In this document: piece by piece, positions 19,114-27,745 of the stretch
Numbering within the stretch: the first letter of the stretch is position 1
Layout: every line of letters begins with the position of its first letter
Assembly: GCA_036339465.1 (NCBI GenBank)
Contig: JAYZAY010000049.1
Location: forward strand, 1-33,970
Reading direction: 5' to 3'
Source: Myxococcota bacterium
Lineage (GTDB): Bacteria; Myxococcota; XYA12-FULL-58-9; JABJBS01
Length of the DNA stretch: 33,970 bases
The notes under the pieces: model-generated
Seen by the model: the letters and a program-made list of their open reading frames with translations, nothing else
Told to the model about the DNA's origin: nothing
Databases searched by the model: none
Translations under genes and position numbers: made by a program

Positions 19114-21060
19114 ATGTCGAATAGGGATACCAACCAACCCAATAATAAGCAGGACGCCAGCGTCATCGGTTCATTGAACCTCGATGAACACGTTCAGAAC
19201 TCCAAGTCGCAATCGCTTCTTGATTACGTCACGCCCGGTGTCCCAATTAAAACCGTCATTACAGCAACAAAAGATACAGTCACTGCGGAAAATGTCGGAC
19301 AAGATGAATCCATCATTTACACCCCTGCCAAAAATGAATTGCAGCTGACCGCCAGAGCTGTCATCACCGGTACAGCCATGGGCGCTGTCGTCTCCGCGAT
19401 GAATATCTATTTTGGCCTCAGAACCGGCTGGAGCATTGGTGGATCACTCATCGCCGCCATTCTCTCGTTCGCCTTTTTCCAAGTGGTGAAACCCAAAAAT
19501 AAATTCACACCTCTGGAGACCAATATCGCCCAAACTTCGGGCAGTGCGGCAGGCTCCATGACTTCCACGGCGGGTCTCTTGGCCTGCATCCCAGCCATGA
19601 CCATGCTGGGATACGAGTTAACCACCCTCGAACTCTATTTGTGGGCAGGCTCAGTCGCGTGGCTGGGGGTGTTTTTCGCCGTTCCTTTGCGTCGACAAAT
19701 GGTTCTCATGGAAAAACTTCGGTTCCCCACGGGCACCGCCACAGCCAACACCATTATGGCCATGTTTGCGAGCGGTGTGGATGCTATGCAAAAGGCCCGG
19801 GTCCTTATTTGGTTTGCCTTGGGCGCAGCCATCTTTACCCTCACCAAGCACTTTGTGCCTGCCTTGGAAATGCCTCCCCTCGACCAATGGCTCCCCATCG
19901 CCGCCCTAGGCACCGCCGGAGCTTATGGTTTCAAACTCCTCATCAGCCCCATGATGCTGGGTGCGGGGGTCTTGATTGGAATGCGCGTCGCCGCTTCTCT
20001 GATGGCCGGCGCATTCGTTTCCTGGGCAATTATCGCCCCCTTCGTCGAAAGCCAAGGATGGGTTTCTGGCCCAACCATGAGCTACGGAAGTGGTGCCCGA
20101 GGCTGGATTCTGTGGGTGGGTGTCGCAATCATGGTTGCAGATGCCCTCACCCAGCTGGCCATGTCCTGGAAAACAATTCTCGCCACCTTCAAACCCTCGG
20201 CTCCCACCGGTGAAGCGTTGGCCGATACCTCAACCGACGGTATCCCCAACAGCTGGTGGATCGTGGGGTTGGCAACAGCCAGTTTGGTGACTATCAGCAC
20301 CGCATATTACGTTTTCGAGATTTCCCCCTTCATGACTATAATCGCTATCGGTTTGTCCTCTATTCTCGCCGCCATTGCAGTGCGCTCTACCGGCGAAACC
20401 GACATCAACCCCGTTGGTGGTATGGGCAAGGTCACCCAGCTCGTCTATGGAGGTATCGCCCCAGGACAACTGGCTACCAACCTAATGGCAGCAGGAATCA
20501 CGGGCGCAGGTGCATCACAAGCCGGGGACATGATGCAAGATCTCAAAACTGGACACATGCTTGGCGCTTCGCCACGCAAGCAATTAATCGCCCAATTATT
20601 GGGGATCACCGGTGGTATCATCATTTGCGTACCCATTTATAAACTCTTTACCAGCGCCTACGAAGTTGGCGGGAAAGACCTCCCAGCTCCTGCCGCCCAC
20701 GCATGGAGAGCCATGGCAGAACTTCTCTCTAAGGGACTCGACGCCATGCCTTCATTTGCACTTTACGGCGTTATTGCTGGCCTTCTCTTTGGCATCGCAA
20801 TGCCTTTGCTACGCAAAGCAAAGCCAGAAGCTAAATGGATTCCGTCAGGCCTCGCCTTCGGCATCGCCTTTATCATCCCAGCCTTCTACTGCCTGTCCAT
20901 GTTCATCGGCACCGTGATTTTCAAGTCGTGGGAAAAGCGTTCTCCCAAAGTTGCAGCGGGTCTTGGTTTCGCCATTGCATCCGGTTTAATCGCAGGCGAA
21001 GGCCTCATGGGGGTGGTCAATTCTATCTTAACCCTCCTGGGAATCGGCGGCGGCCACTAA
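19114..21060 (+). CDS. OPT/YSL family oligopeptide transporter
   Basis: QLTARAV, NIYFGLRTG, ETNIAQT, LRFPTGTATA, GETDINP, MQDLKTGH, PAPAA, ASGLIAGEG; many TMs. GAGG before ATG 19114. Confidence 0.93.
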   Translation: MSNRDTNQPNNKQDASVIGSLNLDEHVQNSKSQSLLDYVTPGVPIKTVITATKDTVTAENVGQDESIIYTPAKNELQLTARAVITGTAMGAVVSAMNIYFGLRTGWSIGGSLIAAILSFAFFQVVKPKNKFTPLETNIAQTSGSAAGSMTSTAGLLACIPAMTMLGYELTTLELYLWAGSVAWLGVFFAVPLRRQMVLMEKLRFPTGTATANTIMAMFASGVDAMQKARVLIWFALGAAIFTLTKHFVPALEMPPLDQWLPIAALGTAGAYGFKLLISPMMLGAGVLIGMRVAASLMAGAFVSWAIIAPFVESQGWVSGPTMSYGSGARGWILWVGVAIMVADALTQLAMSWKTILATFKPSAPTGEALADTSTDGIPNSWWIVGLATASLVTISTAYYVFEISPFMTIIAIGLSSILAAIAVRSTGETDINPVGGMGKVTQLVYGGIAPGQLATNLMAAGITGAGASQAGDMMQDLKTGHMLGASPRKQLIAQLLGITGGIIICVPIYKLFTSAYEVGGKDLPAPAAHAWRAMAELLSKGLDAMPSFALYGVIAGLLFGIAMPLLRKAKPEAKWIPSGLAFGIAFIIPAFYCLSMFIGTVIFKSWEKRSPKVAAGLGFAIASGLIAGEGLMGVVNSILTLLGIGGGH

Positions 21061-21092
21061 GAGCCCTCCTTACTCACTTCCCATAACCGCCA

Positions 21093-21390
21093 AGACCTTT
21101 GCCTAGAGTAGAACGCCACAGCGCCCTACCTCCACAATCGGTCCATTCCTAATTTAGAATATCTTCCGGATAGTTCCAAACGCCGCACCTCTTAGCGACG
21201 AAACTTTGATAACTCCACATACCTTCTTAAACGAGTGGGCTGGAAACACACAAGGAACGGCATCTTCTTAGACACAAGCACATTCAATACGGCGCGAGCA
21301 GGCTTTAGCCACCAAGGACATACATTCGACGACATCCTAAATCCGGACAAGCGTAAAGCATCATCGAATATCTAAAAAACGCTTTCATGA
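21093..21390 (+). pseudogene. C-terminal relic of a c-type cytochrome (di-heme peroxidase/RoxA-like family)
   Basis: ATAPYLHNRSIPNLEYL..SSKRRTS*RRNFD...VGW...FNTARAGFSHQGHTFDDILNPDKRKA, then frameshifted IEYLK and TLS*. TAG at 21193-21195. Confidence 0.75.
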
Positions 21391-21566
21391 AACAATTCTA
21401 AGCGATTACTCCACCATAGGAACCGAGACCCCCAATCTAAGGAGGACCTTACTGAGCTGCCATTCTCTTTACCGGTATCGTTGAAACAAAAAATATGCGA
21501 AACTTATACCGTGCCGGACTGTTTGAATCCCCAGTGGACATCAAGTCCCCTAACGAAGGTAGGATA

Positions 21567-22757
21567 ATGTACGACGGTCAACAAGTACTCATCGGGTTCA
21601 ACATTCTTATTTTGATGGCAATTGGCTGCATTGGAGGTCCTGAGCAAGAAAGTTTGAACGTTGAAAAAGCAGGCTACCTTATCGCATTACAGGAAGCAGG
21701 ACTCGGAGCAGATGAATCCGAAATCCAAAATGAATCCGAAAGCCCAAATGAAGATGGTAAAGAAAAAACCGGACCGGCAAGAGTAAACATCGATGTGGAT
21801 TGTTCTCTCCCTGGGATCCGAGACCGATTACTTCAACGTTTCAATGCCGATGTAAGTGGAGATTTAAACACCGCAGAACAAGACAGTATGGAGACTGAAA
21901 TGTTCGGCGAGGCAGACACGGAATATCCAGAGAAAGAAGTAAAAGCCATTGATACCGAGGCCAAAACCTCTGGAAACGACGACCAGGCCAAACGAGGAAA
22001 ACATGGAAAACATGGAAAACATGGAAAACATGGAAAACATGGAAAGCATGGAAAACGTTGCAAACTCAAACAACTTATGTGGCTCTACGATGCCGATGAA
22101 TCAAAGAGTCTCGACAGTGAGGAAATTTCAACCCTCAAAGCAGATCTTCAAACCCGGTGCGAAAATATAAAGGCCTACTATCTCGACAACTTTGATGCCA
22201 ACAACGACGCGACCATCGATGAAACGGAAAGAGCCGCGATTCAAGAAGCCAAAAAGACAGCCAAAAAAGCGCAACGGGAAGAAAAACAGGCCGAACGATT
22301 CGCTAAAATTGATACCAATAACGACCATCTAATCAGTGCCGAGGAGATGCAAGCAGTTCAGGCAACAAAAGATGCGGCTCGAGCCGAGAAAAAGGAAAGC
22401 AGAAACAAACTCAGGACTCACGCCAAGAAACTAAGTGCTGAAGCGCGGGCTGAAAAACGGTCCAGCAAACAGGCCGCCAAGTTTGCTGCGGCAGATAAAG
22501 ACAGTGACGGTAACCTAAATTTGGAAGAATTCATCGCTGCCACGGGAACCACGAAAAAGAAAAAGCACCATAGAGGAGCTAAACGAAGCAATCTCAAAAA
22601 GCAATTTGATACGGACGGTGACGGCTCACTGAGCGAGGAAGAAATAGGCGCCATAAAAGCAGAACTCAAAGCGCGCGTACGAGGGGAGCGGATTGCCGAC
22701 AAATTCTCATCCCCTACCCCCAATACCAACCCGACGGAAGAAGCATCCGCAGAGTAA
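21567..22757 (+). CDS. Multi-EF-hand calcium-binding lipoprotein with GKH repeats
   Basis: Lipobox MAIGC and six EF-hand-like loops (e.g. DANNDATIDETE, DTNNDHLISAEE, DKDSDGNLNLEE, DTDGDGSLSEEE). Confidence 0.8.
   Translation: MYDGQQVLIGFNILILMAIGCIGGPEQESLNVEKAGYLIALQEAGLGADESEIQNESESPNEDGKEKTGPARVNIDVDCSLPGIRDRLLQRFNADVSGDLNTAEQDSMETEMFGEADTEYPEKEVKAIDTEAKTSGNDDQAKRGKHGKHGKHGKHGKHGKHGKRCKLKQLMWLYDADESKSLDSEEISTLKADLQTRCENIKAYYLDNFDANNDATIDETERAAIQEAKKTAKKAQREEKQAERFAKIDTNNDHLISAEEMQAVQATKDAARAEKKESRNKLRTHAKKLSAEARAEKRSSKQAAKFAAADKDSDGNLNLEEFIAATGTTKKKKHHRGAKRSNLKKQFDTDGDGSLSEEEIGAIKAELKARVRGERIADKFSSPTPNTNPTEEASAE
21996..22056. repeat. 9-bp tandem repeat x6 encoding Gly-Lys-His
   Basis: GGAAAACAT x5, GGAAAGCAT, then a partial copy. 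Confidence 0.95.
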
Positions 22758-22773
22758 GATAAGCTCGAAAGAC

Positions 22774-23337
22774 TCACTCTTTCTTTTCCGTCTTTTCCAT
22801 TTCCTTTAATTCCTTGGCGAGCCAGCGAATCTCTGCCTGTTTCTGCATCACACTCCTATATTCGGGATTCGATTCTGCATATTCTCGGACCACTTTCGCC
22901 ATTTCCTTGTCAAAAGTGGGACGAACTACCCTAACTTTCTCCTCGAGTTTTTTATCAATAAAATCCCATCCCCCTTGAAACTTCTTCCCCGCACCGGACG
23001 CCAAAAAACGATTGATGGTCGTCAATTCAGCTAAAGTATAATGCTCAAGTAATAACAGTGACACCGCCTCGATATAAGTTCTCTCATACCCCAAATCCAG
23101 AATCTCCTTTTCAACCGACGGAGGGATATTGATACCCTTCATCGCCGAATGTAAGCCGGTCAAAAAAACGCTTGAATAGCGCATGAGCTCTATGTGCTGA
23201 TTCACAACAACTTGCTCATCCGCTGACAATTCCTTCATATTCGTAAGGAGCGTCTGACTCTTATCCGTCGTAGCGCAATGAGAAAATCCCACCAACAATC
23301 CCAAAGTTATCAATGTTGCTTTCAGAATTCGTAACAT
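22774..23337 (-). CDS. Exported/lipoprotein, DUF2059-like
   Basis: GGAGG RBS, hydrophobic N-terminus ending FSHC, HYTLAELTTINRFLASGAGKKF. Confidence 0.7.
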   Translation of the reverse strand: MLRILKATLITLGLLVGFSHCATTDKSQTLLTNMKELSADEQVVVNQHIELMRYSSVFLTGLHSAMKGINIPPSVEKEILDLGYERTYIEAVSLLLLEHYTLAELTTINRFLASGAGKKFQGGWDFIDKKLEEKVRVVRPTFDKEMAKVVREYAESNPEYRSVMQKQAEIRWLAKELKEMEKTEKKE

Positions 23338-23810
23338 GGATCCACCTCCCCAATCATTCGAATCAATCTACCTCATCTTCCAGATATCAGAGACTCTCGT
23401 CGTGCTCGGGACTCAGTGTTGAAAAAGGTCCAAAGACACACCCAAATAAATTTCTAAATTCGCCTAAAAAAGTCAACCAAAACGCACCCGTAAACTCGCC
23501 CTTCCTTACTCTGAAAGACCATTTTATCCCCCTTGGAAAAAATGACTGATGCCATAAGCCCTAGATGGAGATTAACACCAAAAATACCACCACAACAGAA
23601 AGCAACAAAATCCACAGGATAAATGTCGTCCCACCAGCCTACCAAGTCGTGTCATAAATGGCGCTCCATTCTTCGGGTAAAATACCTGGCTTCTTTCGGG
23701 ACGGTAGTCTCAGGGCCATACGAATCCACTTCACGAAATTCAAAGCCTGAAAGATCCCATCAACCGTGGCTTGGCATCCTAAATCCGGCTATACTCGACA
23801 CAGGACAATC

Positions 23811-25376
23811 ATGGAACGATATCTAACTATCCTGCTAATTCTAGCGCTATCGTCGCAGGCCTGCTCTGCAGAAGAGACCTCCTGGAGAGACCTCGAAGCG
23901 ACCAGTGAAGAAAAACAAGTCATCAACTTAAAATTCTATCCAACGATCTGTACAAAATCGCCCGAAAGATGCCTCTTTGTTCGGAGGATGGGCTCTCTGA
24001 GTACCTCAGAAGCAGAACTGGTTGCCACTTTCCCAGGTAAGTTCATTTCTCTCGACAACGTCGAAGAAGTATCGCCAGCAGCAATCGTTGAATTGGCGAA
24101 ATGGCGTGGTAACAGTCTAAGCATCGTAAATATGGTAGAACTCGACCAACTAACCGCAGCCAATCTTTCAAAATGGAAAGGCAAAGAACTCTATTTAGAT
24201 GGGCTAAGGGTCCTCCCTGAAAAGGTCATCAAAGCCCTCACAAAAAATTCAACCCTGACAACTCTATCCTTCAATCGTGTGGAAACAATCAAAGGCAACA
24301 CTGCATATGCCCTGGCCGCGTGGAAGGGGCAAAGATTGTACCTTAATGGCCTGAAATCCATTCGCGGTCGTCCTGCAAGCGTCATTGCCACATGGAAAGG
24401 CCAACATTTAGCCCTAAACGGACTCACGAAGATTACTGCCCTCACCGCCCGACACCTTAAGCGATTCAGTGGCAGAATAATTGAGTTAAACAATGTTCAA
24501 ATCGATACGCTCGACACCTTAGAGCTGATTGTATTGACCCAATCGACCAAAGTCTTGAACCTATCGAGACTCCCAAAACTACCTCAAAAATCGGCGAGGA
24601 AACTACTGAAATGGGACGGTAAATCCCTCATCCTATCGAAGCTAACAACCCTATCCTCCAAAGCCGCGGCATCCATCGCTCAAATCAAAACAAAAAACAT
24701 CGATCTTAGCGGTGTAAAGAAAATATCGCCCCAAGCCCTCAAACAACTCAGCAAATGGAAGGGTATAACCATAAACTTGAGTGGCTTGAAAAACCTATCC
24801 AAACAACAAGCGAGAGCACTCGCGCAATTCAAAGTACGGACTCTACAGCTTAATGGATTAACAAAACTACCACTCCCCGTCTTCAGTGAACTCATGCGTT
24901 GGCCGGGCTGGACCCTCGAACTCAATAAAATTAAATATCTCACCCCCGAGCATGGTGAAATCATTTCATCGTGGCCAGGAAGCGGTATTGAAACAAATCT
25001 CCACCTCGAAAATTTGACCAAACTCGATGATGCCACCGCCGTTCTCTTTGCCACGTGGCGAGGCAAAGGTGGTTATTTGTTTGTTCATTGCCCAAGACTA
25101 ACACTCAAGAACTTAAGCAGAGTTCATAAACTTCCCATTTGGACTCGGAGTTCCACTCAGATATCCCCATCGTTCAAAACAGTATTGGCAAAGCTCAAAA
25201 CACGAAAGGGAAAAACCGACAAAGGACGGCTAAAGGTATTGGCGAAATATGCCAAAGAGGAAGGCAAAACCCTGGAGCAACTTCTGCAAGGAATTATGGA
25301 CAACTATCTCGGCCAACAGGGATTCCAAACCCATACACACCTCGACGACGAACGAGAATTAGGACTTATCGACTAA
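23811..25376 (+). CDS. Leucine-rich-repeat-like lipoprotein
   Basis: AGGA RBS, lipobox SSQAC, about 14 repeats of roughly 24 aa LxLxGLxxLxxxxAxxLxxWKG. Confidence 0.8.
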   Translation: MERYLTILLILALSSQACSAEETSWRDLEATSEEKQVINLKFYPTICTKSPERCLFVRRMGSLSTSEAELVATFPGKFISLDNVEEVSPAAIVELAKWRGNSLSIVNMVELDQLTAANLSKWKGKELYLDGLRVLPEKVIKALTKNSTLTTLSFNRVETIKGNTAYALAAWKGQRLYLNGLKSIRGRPASVIATWKGQHLALNGLTKITALTARHLKRFSGRIIELNNVQIDTLDTLELIVLTQSTKVLNLSRLPKLPQKSARKLLKWDGKSLILSKLTTLSSKAAASIAQIKTKNIDLSGVKKISPQALKQLSKWKGITINLSGLKNLSKQQARALAQFKVRTLQLNGLTKLPLPVFSELMRWPGWTLELNKIKYLTPEHGEIISSWPGSGIETNLHLENLTKLDDATAVLFATWRGKGGYLFVHCPRLTLKNLSRVHKLPIWTRSSTQISPSFKTVLAKLKTRKGKTDKGRLKVLAKYAKEEGKTLEQLLQGIMDNYLGQQGFQTHTHLDDERELGLID

Positions 25377-25543
25377 CATTCTAAGTCTCGGATCTCACAG
25401 AGGTGAGGATTGGTAACAAACCTAAGAGAATTCGCGAAAACAAGAAACTTTAAAAAGCACATTTATTCTCTAAGTGGATAATTCGACACAATTCAATTCG
25501 AGAAACCTCACCCGACACAACCCAAGAGATGCAACAATAATCC

Positions 25544-26407
25544 CTAGCCACGTAGTCGCTTAATCAATGGCTCTTCGCTTTCATAGATCCTCTTGATCCC
25601 ATCTCCCATCGCCGCTTCAATAACTCGAATATCACGAACCAAACGATTCAGCCCCTGTGGCTCAATAGAAGCACTCTGATCGCTCCCCCACATTGCTCGA
25701 TCAAGCGTAATATGACGCTCGACAAAAGTGGCCCCTAAGGTGACGGCAGCACAAGACACCTGTAGGCCGAGTTCATGCCCAGAATAACCGATAGGACATG
25801 AAAACTCTTCTTTTAAACGATGAATCATTCTTAGGTTAATATTTTCCGTAGGACAGGGATAAGCACTTGTGCAATGTGCTATGGCCAGATTCTCGGGATC
25901 AAGAAAACGAACAGCCTGGCGGATCTGATCCATGGTAGACATGCCGGTCGAAAGCAATACTGGCCGGCCGGTCGCTTTCAGTTTTTTGAGTAACCCTTCA
26001 CTGGTTAATGATGCAGAGGCAATTTTATAACAAATGGGGTCAAAACGCTCCATAAAATCGACAGAGGACACATCCCAACACGAAGAAAACCAATGAATAC
26101 CCCTCTCGTCACAATAAGAAGCAATTTCAGCATATTGCTCTCCTGTGAATTCCATACGATGACGATAATCGATATAACTCATCATCCCCCACGGAGTTTC
26201 TCGCTGAACATCCCACATCTCCTTAGGGACACATAGTTCTGGCGTTCTCTTCTGAAATTTGACGGCTTGACATCCCGCTTTAACAGCCACGTCAATCAGG
26301 GATTTCGCTACTTCCATTTCACCATTATGGTTAATACCTATCTCACCAATGATATAGCATGGGTATCCATCCCCAATTGTTTTATCTCGAAGTCGCAATT
26401 TCGTCAT
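25544..26407 (-). CDS. neuB: N-acetylneuraminate/nonulosonate synthase, short form lacking the C-terminal AFP/SAF domain
   Basis: YIIGEIGINHNG, KFQKRTP, KIASA, LSTGMS, HCTSAYP, GYSGHE, ERHITLDR..WGSD; only 287 aa. Confidence 0.92.
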   Translation of the reverse strand: MTKLRLRDKTIGDGYPCYIIGEIGINHNGEMEVAKSLIDVAVKAGCQAVKFQKRTPELCVPKEMWDVQRETPWGMMSYIDYRHRMEFTGEQYAEIASYCDERGIHWFSSCWDVSSVDFMERFDPICYKIASASLTSEGLLKKLKATGRPVLLSTGMSTMDQIRQAVRFLDPENLAIAHCTSAYPCPTENINLRMIHRLKEEFSCPIGYSGHELGLQVSCAAVTLGATFVERHITLDRAMWGSDQSASIEPQGLNRLVRDIRVIEAAMGDGIKRIYESEEPLIKRLRG

Positions 26408-26410
26408 TTG

Positions 26411-27598
26411 TTACCTCTCTAAATTGGCAGTAATCAAATCGCAGATTTCCCGAACAGCACCTTGTCCACCCCGGGACTGCGTAATGAATCGGGCATGCTC
26501 GATCACCTCGGGTCGTGCATCCTGAACAGCCACTGGCCAAGAAACCCACTGCATACATTCAACATCATTGAGGTCATTGCCAACGTAGACAATATTTTCA
26601 GGGTCAACGCCCCGTTCCTCTGCAATCGATTTAAGCTTCGTGAGTTTATCATGGTAGCCGTGATGACATTCGACGCTTAATTTTTCGCACCTCCGACGGA
26701 CCACTGGATTTCTTTCCTGGGATAATACAATCACTTTAACCCCATGCTCTTCCACTTTACGAATACCTGGCCCATCACCGCGATAGCAGATAACACTTTC
26801 TACCCCTTCTTCCGAGACAAAAACTCTGTCGTTGGTCATAACTCCATCGAAGTCCAATACCAACATTTTTGGGTCGACAGGAGTAAAAGATTGCCCTAAA
26901 CCCCGTCCAATTTGAAAAAGGGCATTGAAAAGACCAACATCTTCAGGTTCATCAATTTGGAACCCATCCAAAGGGTCAGTCTCAAAACAAGTGATCTTAC
27001 CGCCCAATCGATTTTCGTGCTCAAGGATAAGGTAGGGCTTAAAAATATAGATAGAACCATTCTCGACCATTTCCAAATGGGTATCCTGCCTCCTAGGACG
27101 GTTTGCATAATCGTATGTGGGCTCAACTCCATCAGCCTTCATTCTCCAGATAAAACCCTGCACCCTTGAACCTGAAAAGAGAGAATCGGCATCGGTTTCC
27201 TTAAATTGGACGTAGGCAGCATCAATATCCCCTCCCCTCCGAAGCGGTGAGGTACACTGCAATAACACCACCAAACTCGGTTCATAGCCCTCCGTCAGTT
27301 TGAGAAACTCTAAAGTATGTTTCAAGGCTGATTCAGTGGAAGCAAATTCCCCACTAAGTCCCGATGGCCGTTTGACCACGTCCGCCCCAAAGGATTCAGC
27401 TTCCGTAATAATTTCCGAATCATCGGTGGAAACAACAACCCTTGTGATGGAATTCGCTCGCTGTGCATGCCGAATGGTATGGGCAATGAGCGGTAATCCC
27501 CCAACCTCCACAAGGTTCTTTCGCGGTATCCCCTTCGAACCACCTCGGGCCGGAATAACAGCCAAAACTTCTTCTCCCACATCGCCAGCGTAAGCCAT
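26411..27598 (-). CDS. neuA: Acylneuraminate cytidylyltransferase fused to KdsC-like HAD phosphatase
   Basis: IPARGGSKGIPRKN, LQCTSPLR, ENGSIY; C-terminal LDFDGVMT, YVGNDLND, GGQGAVREI. Confidence 0.92.
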   Translation of the reverse strand: MAYAGDVGEEVLAVIPARGGSKGIPRKNLVEVGGLPLIAHTIRHAQRANSITRVVVSTDDSEIITEAESFGADVVKRPSGLSGEFASTESALKHTLEFLKLTEGYEPSLVVLLQCTSPLRRGGDIDAAYVQFKETDADSLFSGSRVQGFIWRMKADGVEPTYDYANRPRRQDTHLEMVENGSIYIFKPYLILEHENRLGGKITCFETDPLDGFQIDEPEDVGLFNALFQIGRGLGQSFTPVDPKMLVLDFDGVMTNDRVFVSEEGVESVICYRGDGPGIRKVEEHGVKVIVLSQERNPVVRRRCEKLSVECHHGYHDKLTKLKSIAEERGVDPENIVYVGNDLNDVECMQWVSWPVAVQDARPEVIEHARFITQSRGGQGAVREICDLITANLER

Positions 27599-27745
27599 TG
27601 AGACAACTCCCCATCATTCTATTTAAATCCATATCGTTGAATTTTAGTAACTCTTAAGAAAAGAGAAGAAATCCCCCCCTTCAAACAAGACCCCGGCTAA
27701 ATTGTAGCTAGAATAGCCCTTAGAAACCCTATAGATAACCTATCG

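Noticed and set aside
1478..21195. Alternative genetic code explaining the in-frame stops
   Set aside because: Intact genes here end normally in TAA, TAG and TGA, and the relics also carry indels.
21833..22170. Shadow ORFs with FPC, MFS and ENM repeats
   Set aside because: Alternative frames of the 9-bp GKH repeat.
23400..23780. Minus-strand hydrophobic stretch with in-frame stops (possible membrane-gene relic)
   Set aside because: No family motif; T-rich DNA readily gives hydrophobic translations.
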